Below the pieces are notes generated by a model, which was given only the letters and a program-made list of their open reading frames with translations, did no database searches and had not been told where the DNA came from. Positions 1 through 18,400 of a stretch of DNA of 64,000 bases are shown here, in pieces (within the stretch, counting starts at the first letter, position 1; the number at the start of each line of letters is the position of its first letter). This stretch comes from the human T2T-CHM13v2.0 reference genome, Homo sapiens. Where the stretch lies: positions 20,064,001 through 20,128,000 of the forward strand of contig CP068257.2 of assembly GCA_009914755.4 (NCBI GenBank), written 5' to 3'. The translations under genes and the position numbers were made by a program.

Positions 1-215
1 AGAAGACTGGATGTGTGACATAGTCAAGGTCACATATAGAATGTACAGGAACAGACAAATATTTCTTGCTGGATTCTACCTGTATGTACACTTTAATTAT
101 AAATCTACAATATTTATTAATGACGTGAGTCATAGTGATTTATCAATAAAATTTATCAAAATAAATACAGAAGAGACACTGGCATATTTGTTTATTATTC
201 AATAAAGTCCTGTAA

Positions 216-593
<378 letters not shown>

Positions 594-1005
594 CCTCTCT
601 TTTAAAATTAATTGTCATATGTGCAGTTGCTGGCTAATTTCATATTATTCACATTTAAAAAGGGCAGCACAAGGTTGTGGCATTTCAGAATCCATATTAT
701 AACAATACAGATTTTGCCACGTACATTCCCTTAACATCATTGCCAGTTACTCATTACACCATTACTCATGGGGCTGCATTATCCAATATGCAACCGTTAA
801 ACATTGGTTTCTATTGATTCACTGAATATTTTTTTACTATGACATTAAATCACTCAATTATATAATGAGCACAGACTATGTGCTAGGTACTAAAGGTATT
901 GAATAAGTATATCATCAAAAACCTTTATATAATTACTAAAAATTTATATTGCTTTGATAAATTTTACTAGTGGTTTTACTAGTTAAACCATTATTCTCTT
1001 TAGGT

Positions 1006-1038
1006 CTGGTTAAATCTGGTTAAATCTGGTTAAATCTA
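1006..1038. repeat. 10-bp tandem repeat (CTGGTTAAAT)x3
   Basis: Direct reading: ggtctggttaaatctggttaaatctggttaaatctatgg. Confidence 0.8.
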
Positions 1039-2325
1039 TGGATATAATTCTTAACATTTATAGTTTTTGAAACCATTAGCTACCTAAATGAACTTTATTC
1101 AGTGAATAACAAGAAGCGTTTCCTTAATTATTCAATCACTTAAATATTTAATAAACATGGGAGGTTTTATCTTATCCAATGTACTACACATTCACAAAGA
1201 GAAAAAAAAAGATTTGTTTCTGCTTTTGTCTGATTTGATATAGGCTAGAGATAAGATATATGGTTAATGGATATCTCCATATTTTATAGATCTAGAAGAA
1301 AAATTAAATATTACAAACTCTACCTTATCATTTTGTGATTGAGGTAACTAAAGACCAGAAATTTTAAATGACTTGTGTAGAGGAAGACACAGATCTTTTC
1401 AGTGGAAGAACAAGAGATTTAAACTCAGGTTTTATGACTCCAGGTCTAGATCTTTGTTTACTGATTAATATTTTGCTACAGGAAAAAGAAGACAACAAAA
1501 AAAGAGGGAAAGTGTGTTCAACATTAGTGTCTTATCAAAATGGGCTATTGGTTGTAATACGTAGAGGGAAATAACCTTCCATTTTAATAGCAAATAGAAA
1601 TAGAATAATTTATAAAACATGGCAACAATCATTTTAGCCTCTACTGAAAGGACTAAGCAATATCTAGAGTTGCCATTCATTTATTAATTGTGGAGTCAAA
1701 AGAAATAGCTAAGAAAGTAAATATTGATGAAGAAGAAAAGAAAACTTGAAAGCAAATTGAGAAAATAATATTAGCTTAAGTCAAATAGACGGACATATAA
1801 CATAACATAAGGAAATTTTCTTTATCTGAGATAAGAACACTCAGTAAATTGTATATAACAGCGATACAACGAAGAGCAGGGTAGCAAGATCAGTGGCTGA
1901 TGGCAAATATAGATATTGAAAGATTGATTAAAAATCAGGAAGATGATTATGGTGGCAACATAAAAGGATTCTAATTGAAATAGTAAAATACTCAGAATGA
2001 GATATGAAAGGGTGAAGTTATCAGAAATGCAATGTTATAGCATAGCAATGCAATGTTATAACATATATTATGTTATAACATAGCAATGAAAACTCTTTTC
2101 CTCATTGTTCTTTGTTAGAATAGAGTAGCTGTTCTGCAAAAGTTCTTAGGGGTTCAGATATTATTTGAAAAGGAGTCACATATGATAGAGCCGTCTGAGG
2201 AATTTGGAAGATCTAGAGATGATACTTCCAAGATCAAGATCTTACATGAAGTGCAATTATTTCAGCAACATATCAGTTGCACAGTCAGAGTTTTAAAATA
2301 ATATTGTATTACAAGACTTTTTAAA

Positions 2326-2418
2326 AAGTTTTACTTTAAGTTCTGTACAGCATGTGCAGGTTTGTTACATAGGAATGCATGTGCCATGGTGGCTTGCTGC
2401 ATCTATCAACCCATAGAA
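2326..2418 (-). mobile_element. LINE-1 3'UTR terminal fragment, antisense
   Basis: ttttactttaagttctgtacagcatgtgcaggtttgttacataggaatgcatgtgccatggtggcttgctgcatctatcaaccc is the reverse complement of the L1 3' end (...gcagcacaccaacatggcacatgtatacatatgtaacaaacctgcacgttgtgcacatgtaccctagaacttaaagtataat). An A/T-rich tail remnant precedes it. Confidence 0.6.
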
Positions 2419-3481
2419 GACAATTTTAATCACATTTTTTGGCATACATGTATTATGGAAATATTCAAACTAATTTGTAAAGTTACTTGAAATATGTGTA
2501 TTTGTATCACCTTGTGGTAGATGGCTCTACTCCATATATAACATGTTTCTCCAAGTACTAGCATTGGGATTGCAATGGGATTGGTAAGGAGGGACTAGTG
2601 GAAAGAGACCAACCACGCCTATAACCCAAAATCTAGTAAACTTGGGGTGTTCAGGAAAAAAAGCAATCAATTAGCGAGGTTTAACTGCAATGGTGGAACT
2701 ACTGGGTATTATAGAATCGTTGGGAAGAATAGCAAACATTAGATTTATTTTAAAGACATTCATGGATCATTTATAATGAGATTAATAGAGTTGGACAAGA
2801 GATTAAAAAATACCGATGCAAAATGGGACTGAGGTGCAGATTTTGTTAGTATTAGCTTAAAGGTCAGTGTTAATATTGACAAAGACTCTCTCTTTGACCA
2901 AATTCTAGACAGGTTCCTCTGAGTTTTTCTTTGACTAATTCTCATTCTTGGGCCTTGATCTCAAGAGCCTAGTTGTAGCATGAACCTCGTATAGTCAGTT
3001 TAGCAAGAAGCCTCACCCTCAGTATCTACTCACTCTCAATATCTAATCAAATTCCTCATCTTTCGCCACCCCCCAGGGGTGTCTGATCACCCCGTCCTGT
3101 CCTCAGCAAGAATCTTGTTTATTTAACCAGAATGTACCCTTATCCCTGATGTTTCTTTTTAGTAATTTTTCATCCACTGATCCTCTCTCTGTTCCTTGGA
3201 TATAAATCCCTCTTATTCATGCTGTATTAGGAGTTGAGCTCAATTTTTCTCTTCTGCTGCAAAACCCTATTGCAGAGTCCTTTGTATAAAATCTTCATTA
3301 CCATCTGTGACAAGTGTCAGAATATATTTTTCTTTAACAATATCACTGGAAAATTGCCTGAGGGAATTAATATAAACAAGCATGACAAAAATGACCTAAA
3401 ATTAATACCAAGATGTACAACACTAGGAGGTAAAGAGAGAATGTGAAATTACGTCCATGTATCTTACAAGGCATTTAGGTT

Positions 3482-3505
3482 CTTTTTTTTTTTCTTTTTT
3501 TTTTT
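3482..3505. repeat. poly(T) tract
   Basis: ctttttttttttctttttttttttt read directly. No Alu body follows. Confidence 0.8.
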
Positions 3506-4582
3506 AGCCTAGCCCTCAAGAGCCTGTGGTGAAAAAGTGTATTAGAAGCCAAATAGTTACAGGTTAAAATCCTGTTTTTATCTTACCAGCTGCTGCTTCT
3601 TGAGCAGGATTTAGAGTCAATTCTCAGACTGGAGTTTCCTCATGTAAAGTGGAAATAGTATCGTCCCTTCCTATACTAATACTAATTTAAATGTTAGGTT
3701 TTATTTTATGTAAGCACTTAATTAGGAGCTCACAAATACAGGTTTTATGAAATGCCTTGAAACCACTTTTCCTCTGATCTTACAACTTTTAAAGACAGAA
3801 TAGACGATGTGGGTAGGATCCTAATGGCCCCCATGCATTTCTAAGTTATTTTTGTAGAAAATTTCCAGGCGCTGAAGTGGTAAAGGCAATTGTCATTTCT
3901 TCCCTTGAATGAGGCTTAGTAAAGATTTTATGATTAGGAATTTGGCCACCTACCTCACATCTGGAAACCATGGCTATGAAAATAGTGGGTGACCCATTTG
4001 AAGATGTGGAGTGGAACTTTAGATGGAATAACACACTATTTTCAGTCTTAAAATAGCCCATTGATTCAGACCCTACATTTCCTTATTTAAAAAGTACATG
4101 AACCTTTTTGAAGGCATCTCTAAATATCCTAATTTTGGAAAAAAAAACCTATCATTCTCATTTATATGTAGGGCTGCCATATAATGGAATGTAATACTAT
4201 TAAAAGGAAAATTCAGATTAGAATCTCATCTCTTATGGACTAAATCTTTTATTCCAAAATGAAAGTGTGGCATTTTTCAATGAAATGTGGTTTCTTCAAT
4301 ATTTAGAATTCGATATCTGCAAAAGCCAAATTAAAAGGAGCTTAATTGCCAGAAAGGCAATGTGAAGATGACAATGGAAAGGAATAAGACACTTGGCTTA
4401 TTTATTTTTTCCCCACTTTCAATGGCTTTGTTTTGTAATGATTATCTTTAGGTATCGGCATGTTCATATTTTTCTTCTCAATTATAAAATCTTTAATCAT
4501 TTCCTCGGGTGTATAAAAATGAAATGATTAGATGCAACTTTAAATTATGCAGGGTAATGATCAGGAACTGTTTACTGATTCT

Positions 4583-4848
4583 GCTATATTATAATATTCA
4601 AATTATATACAATAACATATAACAAAATTATATATAATTATATTATATATAGTTTGATATATTTAGTTTGATACAAAAAACTTGATACATAAATATCAAT
4701 TTTATGTCAAATTAATATATAGATATTATATATAATTACATAATTTGATATAAATATGATATATAAATATATACAAATATATAAGTATCACATTTATATC
4801 AAATTGATATATAAACTATATATATAATTTGAATATCATAATATGGCA
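4583..4848. repeat. AT-rich quasi-palindromic low-complexity block
   Basis: The left terminus tattataatattcaaattatatacaat matches the reverse complement of the right terminus tatatataatttgaatatcataata (about 23 of 25). The interior is more than 85 percent A+T with many short inverted and direct TATA/GATA units. Confidence 0.55.
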
Positions 4849-6969
4849 GAATCGGTAAATACTTTTGGCCATAAGACTGGATACAGAGATTCTACCCAAC
4901 ACTCAGTTACCTACCCTATGCACACATATTCAGCTACATTTCTGTTCTTTTGTACTTGCATCCAACTGCCTTAAGCCTCATCCTTTTGATTGAATTCCCA
5001 AAAATCAAGTACTGAAATCAGTTTATAATTTATATTGACCACAGAGGGGCACACCTCAAAACCAATGTAAGCTGATGGACCATTTTCCAAAGCATAATTT
5101 ATCATCATCATCATCAGCGCTACCTTTGGCCCCTGTCTAAATAGGCCAAGGCTGTGTTAAGATGGCTTATTAAATGAAATATGTATCTCTGCAATTGGAT
5201 GGTTTATTACTCTCTTGAGAATGATATTATCTATACTTAAAGGAAAGTTGCATTTTCTTACAATTTCTTTCTTTCAGAACATTTTAGTTACCCATATTTT
5301 AGTGTCTTTTGCTCATGTGTGCTCTTTGTTATAATACATGCATGCTCCACACCAGGTAGTTGGTGAAAGTTTTCTTTCATTCTTTAACTAAGTTCTTTTT
5401 CATATCTGTGAGTACCAAAATATGAAATAAAGGAATATAAAGTTGAGAGAGAATTGATTTCCTAAGTGTCTACATTAAAAAAAGAAATGTAGTCTAGTTG
5501 ACAGGATATTTGATTTCTGTTAGCTCTATATGTTGCATGTAGATCAATTTACTTCTGACCTTCTCATAACAAGTTGTTAAAAAAATTGTCTCTATACATT
5601 GTTTTAAATATCTTTTTTGGTTAAAGCAAACACATTGAAAATCCCTAGATGTGTATTTAAGGCAGTACGACAATTATGATTCCTACTAAGTTTGTTTCTA
5701 GACGTTTTAGGCACGTAAACCTTCACTGGAGAGGGCAAATACAAACACCTGACAAAAACTCTCTGATTGGAGAAAATCACACAGTACCTCAGCCATCAAC
5801 ATCTTTTCTCTTTGCTAAATTTAGGAGAGAAGACAAATGGAAAGGATTTAAAACTTTGGTAATTAGCTATGACTGGAGCAATTCAAAGTCACCACTTTAT
5901 GGTAATTCTGAATTGGTTTACATTACTTAAAGCAAAATCTTCTCATATGAATCTATCATCCAATAAATCAGAGATATTAATAAACACTATTTAAAATACA
6001 AAGCTTAATTGAAAATTAGAGTTATAGAAGATAAGTGCTTCTAGCTGAGGGTAATTTTTACTGCCTACTTGGCAGAATATATTCTCAAATCCAGAGGAAA
6101 TATTTCTAGGAGATATTTCTAGAAGCATATACCAATTTCCAAAATGAAGCAGGCCCAATGGCTACTTTGTTTTCCAACTCTAAGTGACAATTAACTCTAT
6201 CAAACAGAATTTGACAAAGAATCAAACAGATCTATGCCCTCTTCCCTTGCAGGAGCAAACTGAAAGAATACTCTGGTTTCAAATATATATCCTAATAAAA
6301 TGTGTAAATTTTATAAAAGACTATAAAGACTTCCTTTCACATGAAGACCATAAATTCTTTTTTATCTTTTTGAGTAACTGTGAACTTCTTATCCCAGAAA
6401 GTCTATAATAGCAAAGCAAAATATAAGTCTTTCACTCCTTCCATTAAAAAAGTTAAATATTTTTAATAAGTGACTTATTTTTTAAAATGTTAAGGTTTTA
6501 TGTCTATATAGTATTATAATGCCTTCTATAGTATGGTGCAGTTAATCTAAGAAGGATATAGAACATAAAAATATTTGCTTAAAATAAACAAAACATGAAG
6601 GAATAAACAATTGAAAGAGAAGCCTATCTATAATGGTAGAAATAAGATAGAGAGGACTTTGATTAAAAAAAAAACTATGCTTTTTAAAATAGTATTTGTT
6701 TTGTAAGTTTTATTTGTTTTATTTGAATTCATGCTAATATTGCATATAATTATTACACAAAATTAAATTAAAAATCTCAAATAACACAATCAAAATAAAA
6801 TGCAATAAACATAAATTTGCACCCAGTTGGGCATATCCACAAGTGAAAATTATGCCAAATGGATTTAAAACACAGTAATTTGACTATAAATTTATAGTGG
6901 AACAAAAATAGGTATAAAAAATTTTAAACAATCATATTACTTATGGTAGTATTGGTATTTTTATTTTGA

Positions 6970-7297
<328 letters not shown>

Positions 7298-7953
7298 TGT
7301 AGGTTTCTAAGGTATACAAATTAAACAATAAATAACTGTGTAATCTTTGAAATCTTTTGCTCCCAATGTCCTAGAGAAATGAGCTTCTCAGCATAGGTAA
7401 AGGAGATACAAATTTAGAAGGTAAAATGGATTGAGTATAAACCCTATAATCTGCATTTTAAATGGGAAGTATTATCGTAAACTCATTTTGGACTTTATTT
7501 GGAAATCAGCGAAGAAAAAATAACAACAAAAATTTCCTAATTTTTTACTATAAACACCTAGGAAATATGGGCTATCCCCTATTAATAATACTTTTACCGA
7601 GTGCCAAGGTACAGAGCATAAATTACTTACTTAGCTATGGACAAGATAATATACAGGATGAGTTTGCAGCTGCTGATATATTCTATAACAAGGATGCTTT
7701 CAAAGACACAGAAATCTAATAGAAGTTTCCATTGACAAAAGATGGCACATGCTTAGTTTCACAAAAAAATCAATCTATCAAATGTAATCATATCTGTAAT
7801 TTGATTATATTTCTTAAAAATACTTTATTTTTTAAAGCTTGAGAAAAAAACTATTTTGAAACCTGATAAATTCAAAGAAAGAAGTATTTATTCTAAATTT
7901 TTCCTTAGGAATTATACCACTTGGTGATCAAGCAGAAATTGATGATAATTTCT

Positions 7954-8004
7954 ATTTTTTTTTTCTTTTTGAGATGGAGTCTCACTCTGTCGCCCAGGCT
8001 GAAA
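7954..8004 (-). mobile_element. Alu 3'-terminal stub (about 35 bp plus tail), antisense
   Basis: tttttttttcttttt gagatggagtctcactctgtcgcccaggctgaaag is the last about 35 nt of Alu plus the A-tail in reverse complement. Sequence diverges after ggctg. Confidence 0.6.
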
Positions 8005-8368
8005 GATTTTGCAGATAAAAAATAAAGAGTAAACATTTGGATTAGAATATTGACTTTTTGCAATTTTCAATAAAATAATCTGTGCAATAATCACCGGTAG
8101 CTGCTAGCACCATAACAAGATGATAACCAGCTCATATGTTTCTCCTAATACAAAATATGAATTTTCTGATTAAAAAAATCAAAACAGTGCACATATATAC
8201 TATAAAATAATTGTGTCAAAATATATAAAACCTGCATCTAGATTCACCTTTCAATGCATAAGGAATACAACGAACAGAGAATACAGTTTCATTATTTTAT
8301 ATCAATACAATCAACAAAATCCAGAATGTAAGAAATGCTATGGAAACAAACTTTTTAAAATGAGAAAA

Positions 8369-11810
<3,442 letters not shown>

Positions 11811-11819
11811 AAATAAGTG

Positions 11820-11930
11820 GAAATGAGAGAAAGGGTCAGAAGGCAGGAAGGAAGAGAGAGGAGGGAGAGAGAAAAAACAAAAAAATAATCTTTGGAGTAA
11901 AAAAAACCTTAAAAAATCATCAATTTAAAT
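11820..11930. repeat. purine-rich (GA/A-rich) low-complexity tract
   Basis: aaatgagagaaagggtcagaaggcaggaaggaagagagaggagggagagagaaaaaacaaaaaaat read directly. Confidence 0.5.
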
Positions 11931-12438
11931 GTCTTCCAAAGTATGGTTAAAAATGTGTGACAATTTTGACACAATTGGAAGTGTGAACATTGACATTGAA
12001 TATTAAAGTATTTGCAGATATTTTAGGTATACTACTAATGACAGTATGCTTTCAAAAAGGCTTGCCTTTTGGAGATTCATACTTAACTATCTGTGAATGA
12101 AATGCTGTGATGTCTGGAATATATTTTCTAATAAAAATAGAGGGAAGAAGTGGGTGGAGATATAGATTAAACGTGAATTGACATAAAATATAGGTACCAT
12201 CATAAGCTGGTAACTGTGAAATTTGAGTAATGAACAAAAGGAATCCATTATATCTTTGAGTCTATTTTTGAATTTTTTAGAAATTTTCCATTATAAAAGT
12301 TAAAAACAATGTTAACATTTAGAGAAAGTGATAACATTGTGTGCTTATTTTATCTTGAAGCAACATTTAATGCACTAGTCTGGAAAGAGCAACTTAAAAA
12401 GCCGCAAAGTCAGCTAAGAACTACATCGTCTAAAATGG

Positions 12439-12489
12439 TATCCACTACCCACGTGTATCTGCTACCCACGTTTATCCACTACCCACATT
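12439..12489. repeat. 17-bp tandem repeat x3 (TATCCACTACCCACGTG-like)
   Basis: tatccactacccacgtg / tatctgctacccacgtt / tatccactacccacatt read directly. Confidence 0.7.
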
Positions 12490-15400
12490 TCTCTTCAAGT
12501 GAAAAGTGTGTAATTCAAATTGAAATGTAATGTGATATAAACACACAATGCATTTCTTTCGTAAATATTATTTTTAATTGATAAATTATAATTGTAATCA
12601 TTTATGGAATAAAATGTTATTATTTTGATGTATGAATACAATGTGGAATGATTAAATAAAGTTAATTAATATATATCATCTCACCCATCATTTTTTATGG
12701 TGAGAAATTTGAAATTTGCTCTCTTAGTTACTTTGAAATATACACAATGAATTTCATATATAATATAAAAATGTAAAATGCCTCATTTATAATTTTCTAT
12801 TGATTATATTTGACATAACATTTTGAACATATCAGTTTATGTAACATAGCTTACTATGTAAATTCCCCCACTCATTTTACTTTCTTAATATGGCTACTAG
12901 AAAATTAAAAATTAATTTTTAATTAATTTGCATGATATTTTTATTGGTCAGTGCTGTTCTAGGTAATATAAGAAAGCAGGTTAAAAGATACTATAATATT
13001 AGGGACCTTTTGAAGGTTTTCTCTAAGGCAGACATATAGTTGACTTTAAATATACAGATGGTTATATGTGCTTAGGACATTTAAGGCATCAAGAACAACA
13101 AGACTGAATAACATTACTTATTCAGATAGCAGGATAAAAACCATAGAAATGAAAAAAATGAATAAACACAAAAACCTGAACTAGAATAATTATCATAATA
13201 GCTAATTTCTTAAATATTGTCAATTAAGCATAGAATGATAAAAATATTTTGTTATACATTATTTATGGAATGATTGATAGGAAGGCATATTCACAATTTT
13301 AATAAAGTTATATGTTTTAGCAAATCACTATGATAATTATAATATCCCAATGCTTCAGATGTTTAAATTTCAGTATTCAATATTCCAAAAAATAAGCCAC
13401 TTTATGCTTAATATTTTTTATAAATATCATCTGACTGTAGCACTGCATCATTTAAGATGGAGTTTGGGGGGTTAGTTTATCAGTAAATTTTATTCTCGTA
13501 AAAGTTTAAACGCTAATTTGGAAAAGAAATAAAACAACACTTACAGGTTCAGATAGAAAGGATGCCTTGCTCATATTAATTTATTTTACTATTCAAAGAA
13601 AGGAACATTTAGAAACCATCTTTACTGATAATTAATTTACTAAAATAACTTTCCAGAATTGACCAAAACTTACTCCTTGGATTTAATCATGTATCATTGC
13701 ATATATGTACCAATATTTAAAAAATAATTCTGACTCCTTTCAAAAACGATACAGTTCATTCTACTTTCCGTCACTCTTTCTCCCCCTCTACTTATCTGTG
13801 CACAAAAGTCACAGTGGACGTGCTCTTGACTGAATCTGAATCCGAACTCTATTTATCTGCTCTACGTATGTTCCCTGACCCTGTGGGCCCAAGTTCTGAC
13901 TAGCTGCAAAGCATTGGGATAATAGTATCTACTCTGATTTTTTAGAAATATGTGACTACGAGAGACAGAATGCTTTGTCAAATGTGACATCCAAATCCAT
14001 ACAAAACTGAGGTCTTCAATGCTACTGTGTAACCAATGTTTAGACTTTAAGACCTTGACTTTTTCCAAAATGTCAGAAGCTTTACTTCTGAATGTGACAC
14101 TTCATCAGGAGGCAAAGGTCTCTGATAAAAAGTCCTGGCATGTAGCAATTCTGCCAGTATAAGAACTGCGCCCACAGAACAATGTGGAGATAATCTTGTG
14201 TGAAGAATGGAAGGGAGCAAGCAGAATCTTCAAGCAGCTGTTTTGACGCAGGTGATTGGGGAGTTATTTTAAGCAGAAAGAGGAAAGTTCTTTGGGGATT
14301 CACAGTGACAGCCTCAGTCAGCCCTGCTCTGTGTCTGGATTATGGGATGGAGGATAATTGCAAGTGTCAGTCGAGACTGGTATTCAACAGCCGGGGTCTG
14401 AAATTTTCTACTTGAGCAATTTCCCAAACCTATGAGATAAGAGTGTACTATTCATGTCAAAGCTCAGGTATACACAACAGACAATGATCCAAAGTCTTAA
14501 TGGATAAACACTGCCTTGTGTGGTGTTCACTTTGAAAATGAAAATCATCAACATCAGAATGTATGCCCATCTACTTGTCTAAAAGCTTACAAAGCTGATT
14601 TATTAACACAGAAAGGAATCAAATGTCAGGCGTCTCTGGGTTTACCACAACATAGTATGGACCTCTTGTTTTCCATCTGTGGATGTAAGTCTTCACAGGT
14701 TAGAGAATCAAGAGAAATATTAAAATCACGCAGTAATGATGGATAGGGGTCCTTGACTTATTTAAAAAAAAAAAAATCACACAATTCCAGAAAACTGGCT
14801 AGAGCTTTGTAAAAGAAAAAAGAATGTAAATGTGAACTTATCTAATTCTCATGTAAATAATAGTAAACTTGAATATCTATAGGGACTGTGTTATAAAACA
14901 GAGGGGGATAAACTCTACTGGCTAAGCTACCTCAGAAAATAAATTGCCTTCCTTCTATTTCATTCTTTCTTGGACATGACTGCCCTACTACACAGAATGA
15001 TTGAACTAGATAATCGTGTGTAGGCTGCATGACCAAATAGAGAAGGTGGGGTTGCATTTTCATTGTCCAAGGAGTAGCCTATTGTTCTGCATACTTCTTT
15101 GCATGGCTATGTTAAAAATTTTCCATCAAGTAATTATTTCTACGCATTACTGAAGAACACAGGGAATATATTTGAAGCCAATTCAATTTTTAATTCATTT
15201 ACAAAGGAATTCAAAATAAATTACTCTTCCGAGATTCTTGCATTTTCTTAGGAAAATCTCTTTTCAAAGAAGAAATAAAACTAGAAAGAACATTTCAAGT
15301 TCATTTATATCAGCTTCTCACATCCTTCCCCTTTGGCACCATCAGTGTAAATGCATCTCATTCTATTTCAGTTTTCATTGGCATGGAAAAGGACTAGCAG

Positions 15401-18400
15401 TTCTTTTCTGGCAGCCAGCAAAACAGAAAACACAGCAAATCAGTTATTAAAATTTAAAGCACTCTTTTTTTTCTTGGCAATTGTAACTGTGACTCACAGT
15501 TCAGGAGAGTGGTGAAAATGTAAGTGTGATTTAACATCATAAAGTTTCTCGCTTAAGACCAACAATTTCACAAACTCAAGATGCCTTTAAAAAAATAAAT
15601 CTAGAGGAAGTTCATTTCCTGTTCTAAATAATTTTTCTAATCTCTGATAAAACCTTCAAGTGTAATCCTAAAAAACAAAATACAGCTCTCGTTTCTTATT
15701 TAAAAAAAGAAGAGAGAAAAGAAACAACATCACAGAAATAACTTTACTTAGAGGGAAACTGTTGTAAAGTACAGCCTGCCTGCTATTTCAAGATCCAATA
15801 CAATTTCCCAGGTTTTATATTATAAGCATCCACTTGAAGAGGAACAAAGAGAAACTTCAGTGCCAAATCAGCCCGTTGAAAAACACATATCCTCTCAAGA
15901 ATGATGATCTATAATTAATGCCAATCATTTGAGAAAGATTAAAAATGACATACAGCAACCCAAAGGAACAGTGTAGTGATTTCCACCCACTATTTTGATG
16001 GAGAGAAACTGTGATTACATTCAATGCAAGAGCAAGTTTGGGGGTAATGAGGATGATGAGGATGGTGACTCAGAGCACTCCAGAACACAGTTTGAGTAAA
16101 GATGATATAAAATAATAAAAGCCAATGAGATACTCAATTTAGGTTAAAATAACAACTGAAATAATTATTTGTTATAATCTTCTGCTCTCTCGACTGATTT
16201 TCATTTTATTGTACTTGCCTTGGCTAAACCTTAACGTTAGATTAAACCCAACTAATTTTCTTCGTGCTCAGGGCCCATACTTAGCTAATGACTATAGCTG
16301 GATGGCTTTATAAATGGAGAGTTTACCAAAATAAACACCTTTTTAGACATTCAACGTGTTTTATTTATCTTACGGTATTCCTCTTGTTAACCTGCTCTAG
16401 CACCCTGCAAAATAACATATTCGATGTTATTCTAATTATTTATAGTTGCATAGCAAACTATTCACAAAACTTAGTGGTTTAATCAATAATTTATCATATA
16501 TATGTCTCATAGTTCTATGGATTGCCTTTGTTCAGCTGAGTAGTTATATCTTTTCCTTGCATATGGATAGTGTCTGGGGATAGAGTCATCTGAATTCTTA
16601 ATTGAATTGCTTAATTGCAGCCACATGAGTTGGCTCCAATGTGGCTTTCTTACTCACACATTCGGTATTTTGTTGCTCCTTTCTTTAGCTCTCTATGTAT
16701 GGCATCTGATCTCTGGGATCACTTGTCATAGCTTTGGCTTCTCATAACATGATGGACTCAGGACAACCACACTTCTAATATGGTCCTGTCTTCCAAGAAG
16801 GAGAATCAAAGCTGAATTTCCCATTATAGGATATATGTGGGATTGGCAGCGTCAATTTGCCTGTGTTTTATTGGCAAAAGCAGTCACTGTAACTAGTGAG
16901 ATTCAGGAAGGCTGAAAAATCGACTTCAGTTCTTAATTGGAAAGTGGTAAAGCCACAGTGCTGAAGAGCATGTGAGATGGGAAATACTGTCTCATCTCTC
17001 TTTGAAAAATTCACCTACTATCCATTCTCTAGTATTTCAAATTTCTCAATGTCATCCCTACTTTCCTCCTCACCTATACACCATTACCCTTATAAATGCT
17101 GTCACTTCTTACTTTACAGTGAATATTGAAGTCATCAGGCGGATGCCAACTCAAATTTCCACTGCCAATTCTATAAGGCTTTCGGCATCTGTACTCACCT
17201 CTTTCTTTTTCTCTCCCATCATTAATGGAGGAAGATCTGCTTCTAGTAAAGACTCACCTCTCCGTATCTTCTATAAAGGTCATCCCTATATTCCTTTCTG
17301 CACCTTATCATGTTGCTTAACTGTTTTTCTCCAAGATCCTTGACTTCCAAATTTCTACTATTTAATTATATGTTCACAAAACATGGCTCAATTTTCTCCC
17401 ATCATTAAAACAAACAGGCTGACATGCACCAAAATACAGCGGAAGCTTCTTGGTCTTCAATGTACGCATTCAATATCCATGAGGACATAATCTTACTTGT
17501 TTCCTGTGTTTTACCACAGAAATTTTTGAAAGAGTTGTCACCATTCACTTTCTCCATATATTCTAAAGGAGCTTGTGTCAGGGTCAAAAATAAAGTATCC
17601 GGTTTCTAAATCTAAAGCCTACTCTTTAGTCTTTATCATATTAGATATCACAAGCTGCCTTTGACAGAATAGACCGTTTATTGTGGCTTAAAATACACTG
17701 AAGTATTGCTGTTTCTGACTCAATATCTTACAATGGTTTTTAGAAAGATATCTCTTTCTGAATTTAGTTGAATTTTCCCCAAGGCCTAGAGAAGACTCAG
17801 CAGGCAGAATTGATGACCTTTTCGTCCAATGTAAAGGGCTCAGTTAGGTCAGGTTCATTGTGTCTGGTTTCCTTATCCTTTAAGATGATTTCGCTCCCAG
17901 GAATTTCCTCAGTCTCTTAGCAGAATTTTTGTGGTTCATCCCACCTAGTGCATTGGAGAGCTCCGCATCATAGTTTAGGCTAAGCTTGTACTAGGAATGT
18001 ACTGGGTGAATTAAAATATATATATATTTCATTCATGAAAACATTGGACAGTGGACTCAACATAGTCAAGTTAATAAATACTAATAAAATTTCATTTCCT
18101 TAAAAATGTAAAATGGTCACTTTTTAACAAAAATATTTGGCCAAATAAAGGACGAGAAAAGATAAAATTAAGTGTCTTAAGGCTTTAATTGGAAATAAAA
18201 ATTAAAAATGCATCAATAACCTGATCATTTTTTCATGAATTGTTTAAAATTTAGCTATGGAAATAAATTCATGAGTCTTTAAAAAATTCTATAATTATGT
18301 TTATAATGGGGAAAAACCTCAAAAGTGTATTAAATTATCTTTTTCTTGTATAATTAAACAACTGTGGCATGCTAAATTGCTCAGACCTCAATCAACTCTT

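Noticed and set aside
2985-3340. Moderately pyrimidine-rich stretch with LTR-like feel (..tgtataaaatcttcattaccatctgtgacaagtgtcag..)
   Set aside because: I could not match it to any repeat family from memory and found no terminal TG...CA or duplicated flanks. Left unannotated rather than guessed.
5676-5930. 84-aa + strand ORF ending near a gtaat motif (possible exon or splice donor)
   Set aside because: There is no codon-usage or conservation evidence available. The surrounding sequence is AT-rich with no CpG island or upstream acceptor signal. ORFs of this size are expected by chance many times in 64 kb.
14750-14773. A13 tract preceded by slightly GC-richer sequence (13860-14750), considered as the tail of a + strand retrocopy
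   Set aside because: There is no upstream AATAAA, no recognisable target-site duplication, and no ORF or transcript-like structure. The tract is too short to argue for a poly(A) tail.
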